38,649 nt of DNA from Octopus bimaculoides (Eukaryota), in NCBI RefSeq assembly GCF_001194135.2, contig NC_069003.1, positions 34,716,123 to 34,754,771 on the forward strand, read 5' to 3'. Position 1 is the first letter of the stretch, and every line of letters begins with the position of its first letter. A model generated the notes under the pieces. It saw only the letters and a program-made list of their open reading frames with translations, did not search any database and was not told the DNA's origin. The position numbers and the translations under genes are program-made. Positions 37,502 to 38,649 of the stretch are shown here, in pieces.

Positions 37502-37547
37502 CTGAAGGAGTATATGTCTGAAGGAGTATATGTCTGAAGGAGTATAC
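37502..37547. repeat. 16-bp tandem repeat (ctgaaggagtatatgt) x about 3
   Basis: Two exact units plus ctgaaggagtatac. Confidence 0.9.
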
Positions 37548-37667
37548 GGTTTGAAGCAATATAGGATGTGACGGAGTATAAAGGACTGAATGATTAAATA
37601 CAAGTACGGATTAAAGAAAATTCGCTGAAATACAGACGACATTCAGAATATTCTTTTCTACTGAAAG

Positions 37668-37744
37668 CATAGGGCCTTGAAATTTGGAGGGAGGGGACTA
37701 GTCTATTACATCGACCCCAGCGTTTCACTGGTACTTAATTTATT
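37668..37744 (-). mobile_element. SINE family A 3' fragment
   Basis: cataggg-ccttgaaatttggagggaggggactagtctattacatcgaccccag...ctggtacttaattt. Confidence 0.8.
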
Positions 37745-37756
37745 GCGATAACCTTT

Positions 37757-37799
37757 TGCGATAACCTTAAGGCCAGGAACTTTTCAGCACCCCCTCGTA
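37757..37799 (-). mobile_element. Mariner MITE terminal inverted repeat
   Basis: tgcgataaccttaaggccaggaacttttcagcaccccctcgta, whose reverse complement tacgagggggtgctgaaaagttcctggccttaagg matches 11579. Confidence 0.85.
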
Positions 37800-37821
37800 T
37801 ATATGTATGTATGTATGAATG

Positions 37822-37894
<73 letters not shown>

Positions 37895-38152
37895 ATCCCT
37901 TGCCATATCGCGATTTATTATTTAAGCTCACGTCGAACATCGATTCCTCTGTCGTGTTGTTTTGCATTTATAATAAAATAAATATGCACAAATTATAGAA
38001 ATAATAAATAAAAAAATATACAGTACTGTTTCTACTTCGCAGATTTTCACTTATCGCGAGGTTTTTGGAACGTAACATCCGCGATAGACGAGGGATATAC
38101 ATATATATATACACACATATACTCAAGCACACAGACACACACACACACTCAC

Positions 38153-38195
<43 letters not shown>

Positions 38196-38649
38196 TAAAT
38201 TGGTGAGCGTGAGTATATGAGCGTGTGTATATATGTGTGTAAATATATATGCATATACTTATATATGTATGCGTGTCTGTATATATGCATGTATATGTAC
38301 GTATATGAATGAACATATATCTATCTGACTATGTATGTCTGTATGTATGTATGAACGTACGTATGTATATGTGTATGTATATGGTTTCCGTTGTCAAACA
38401 GATAGCTGAAACTAGACATGATGTCGAATCTGATTCGATGACGTAGCAATCATCTCAGTTCTTCGAACTATAGACAGTGTATCTATATGTACTGTTTAGT
38501 ATTGATTTTTAGGAGTTCTTGGACAATCTGAGCTGCCAACCACCGTTGCTATGTGACGATGACTGCCAGAGCTTTTTCTTTCTTTCTTTCTTTCTTTCTT
38601 TCTTTTTCTAGTTTTGCTCCCACCACCACTGCCACCACCACCACCACCA

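Noticed and set aside
34116-38649. Next ankyrin exon (expected to begin like xRTALHxA)
   Set aside because: Not found by eye downstream; it probably lies beyond the window.

Overview
Eukaryotic, AT-rich, extremely microsatellite- and SINE-rich genomic DNA with 12 assembly gaps (about 5.5 kb of N). The repeat landscape looks like a coleoid cephalopod, probably Octopus; this is inferred from pattern recognition, not a search. The only well-supported coding sequence is a 104-nt exon at 34012-34115 (+) encoding an ankyrin repeat that closely resembles the first repeat of ANKDD1A/B (ankyrin repeat and death domain-containing). A phase-compatible ATG-bearing first exon at 4022-4151 implies an intron of about 29.9 kb covering most of the window. 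The rest is tRNA-headed SINEs of about four families (labelled A-D here; the labels are mine), mariner and hAT MITE remnants, two R4/Dong-type LINE 3' ends sitting in (TAA)n tracts, RTE-like LINE debris and simple repeats. Almost all ORFs in the supplied track are artefacts of microsatellites or N gaps. I found no convincing new biological system. The best leads are the microsatellite-targeted LINEs, inverted SINE pairs around exon 2, a possible microexon and a possible decayed antisense ankyrin array.
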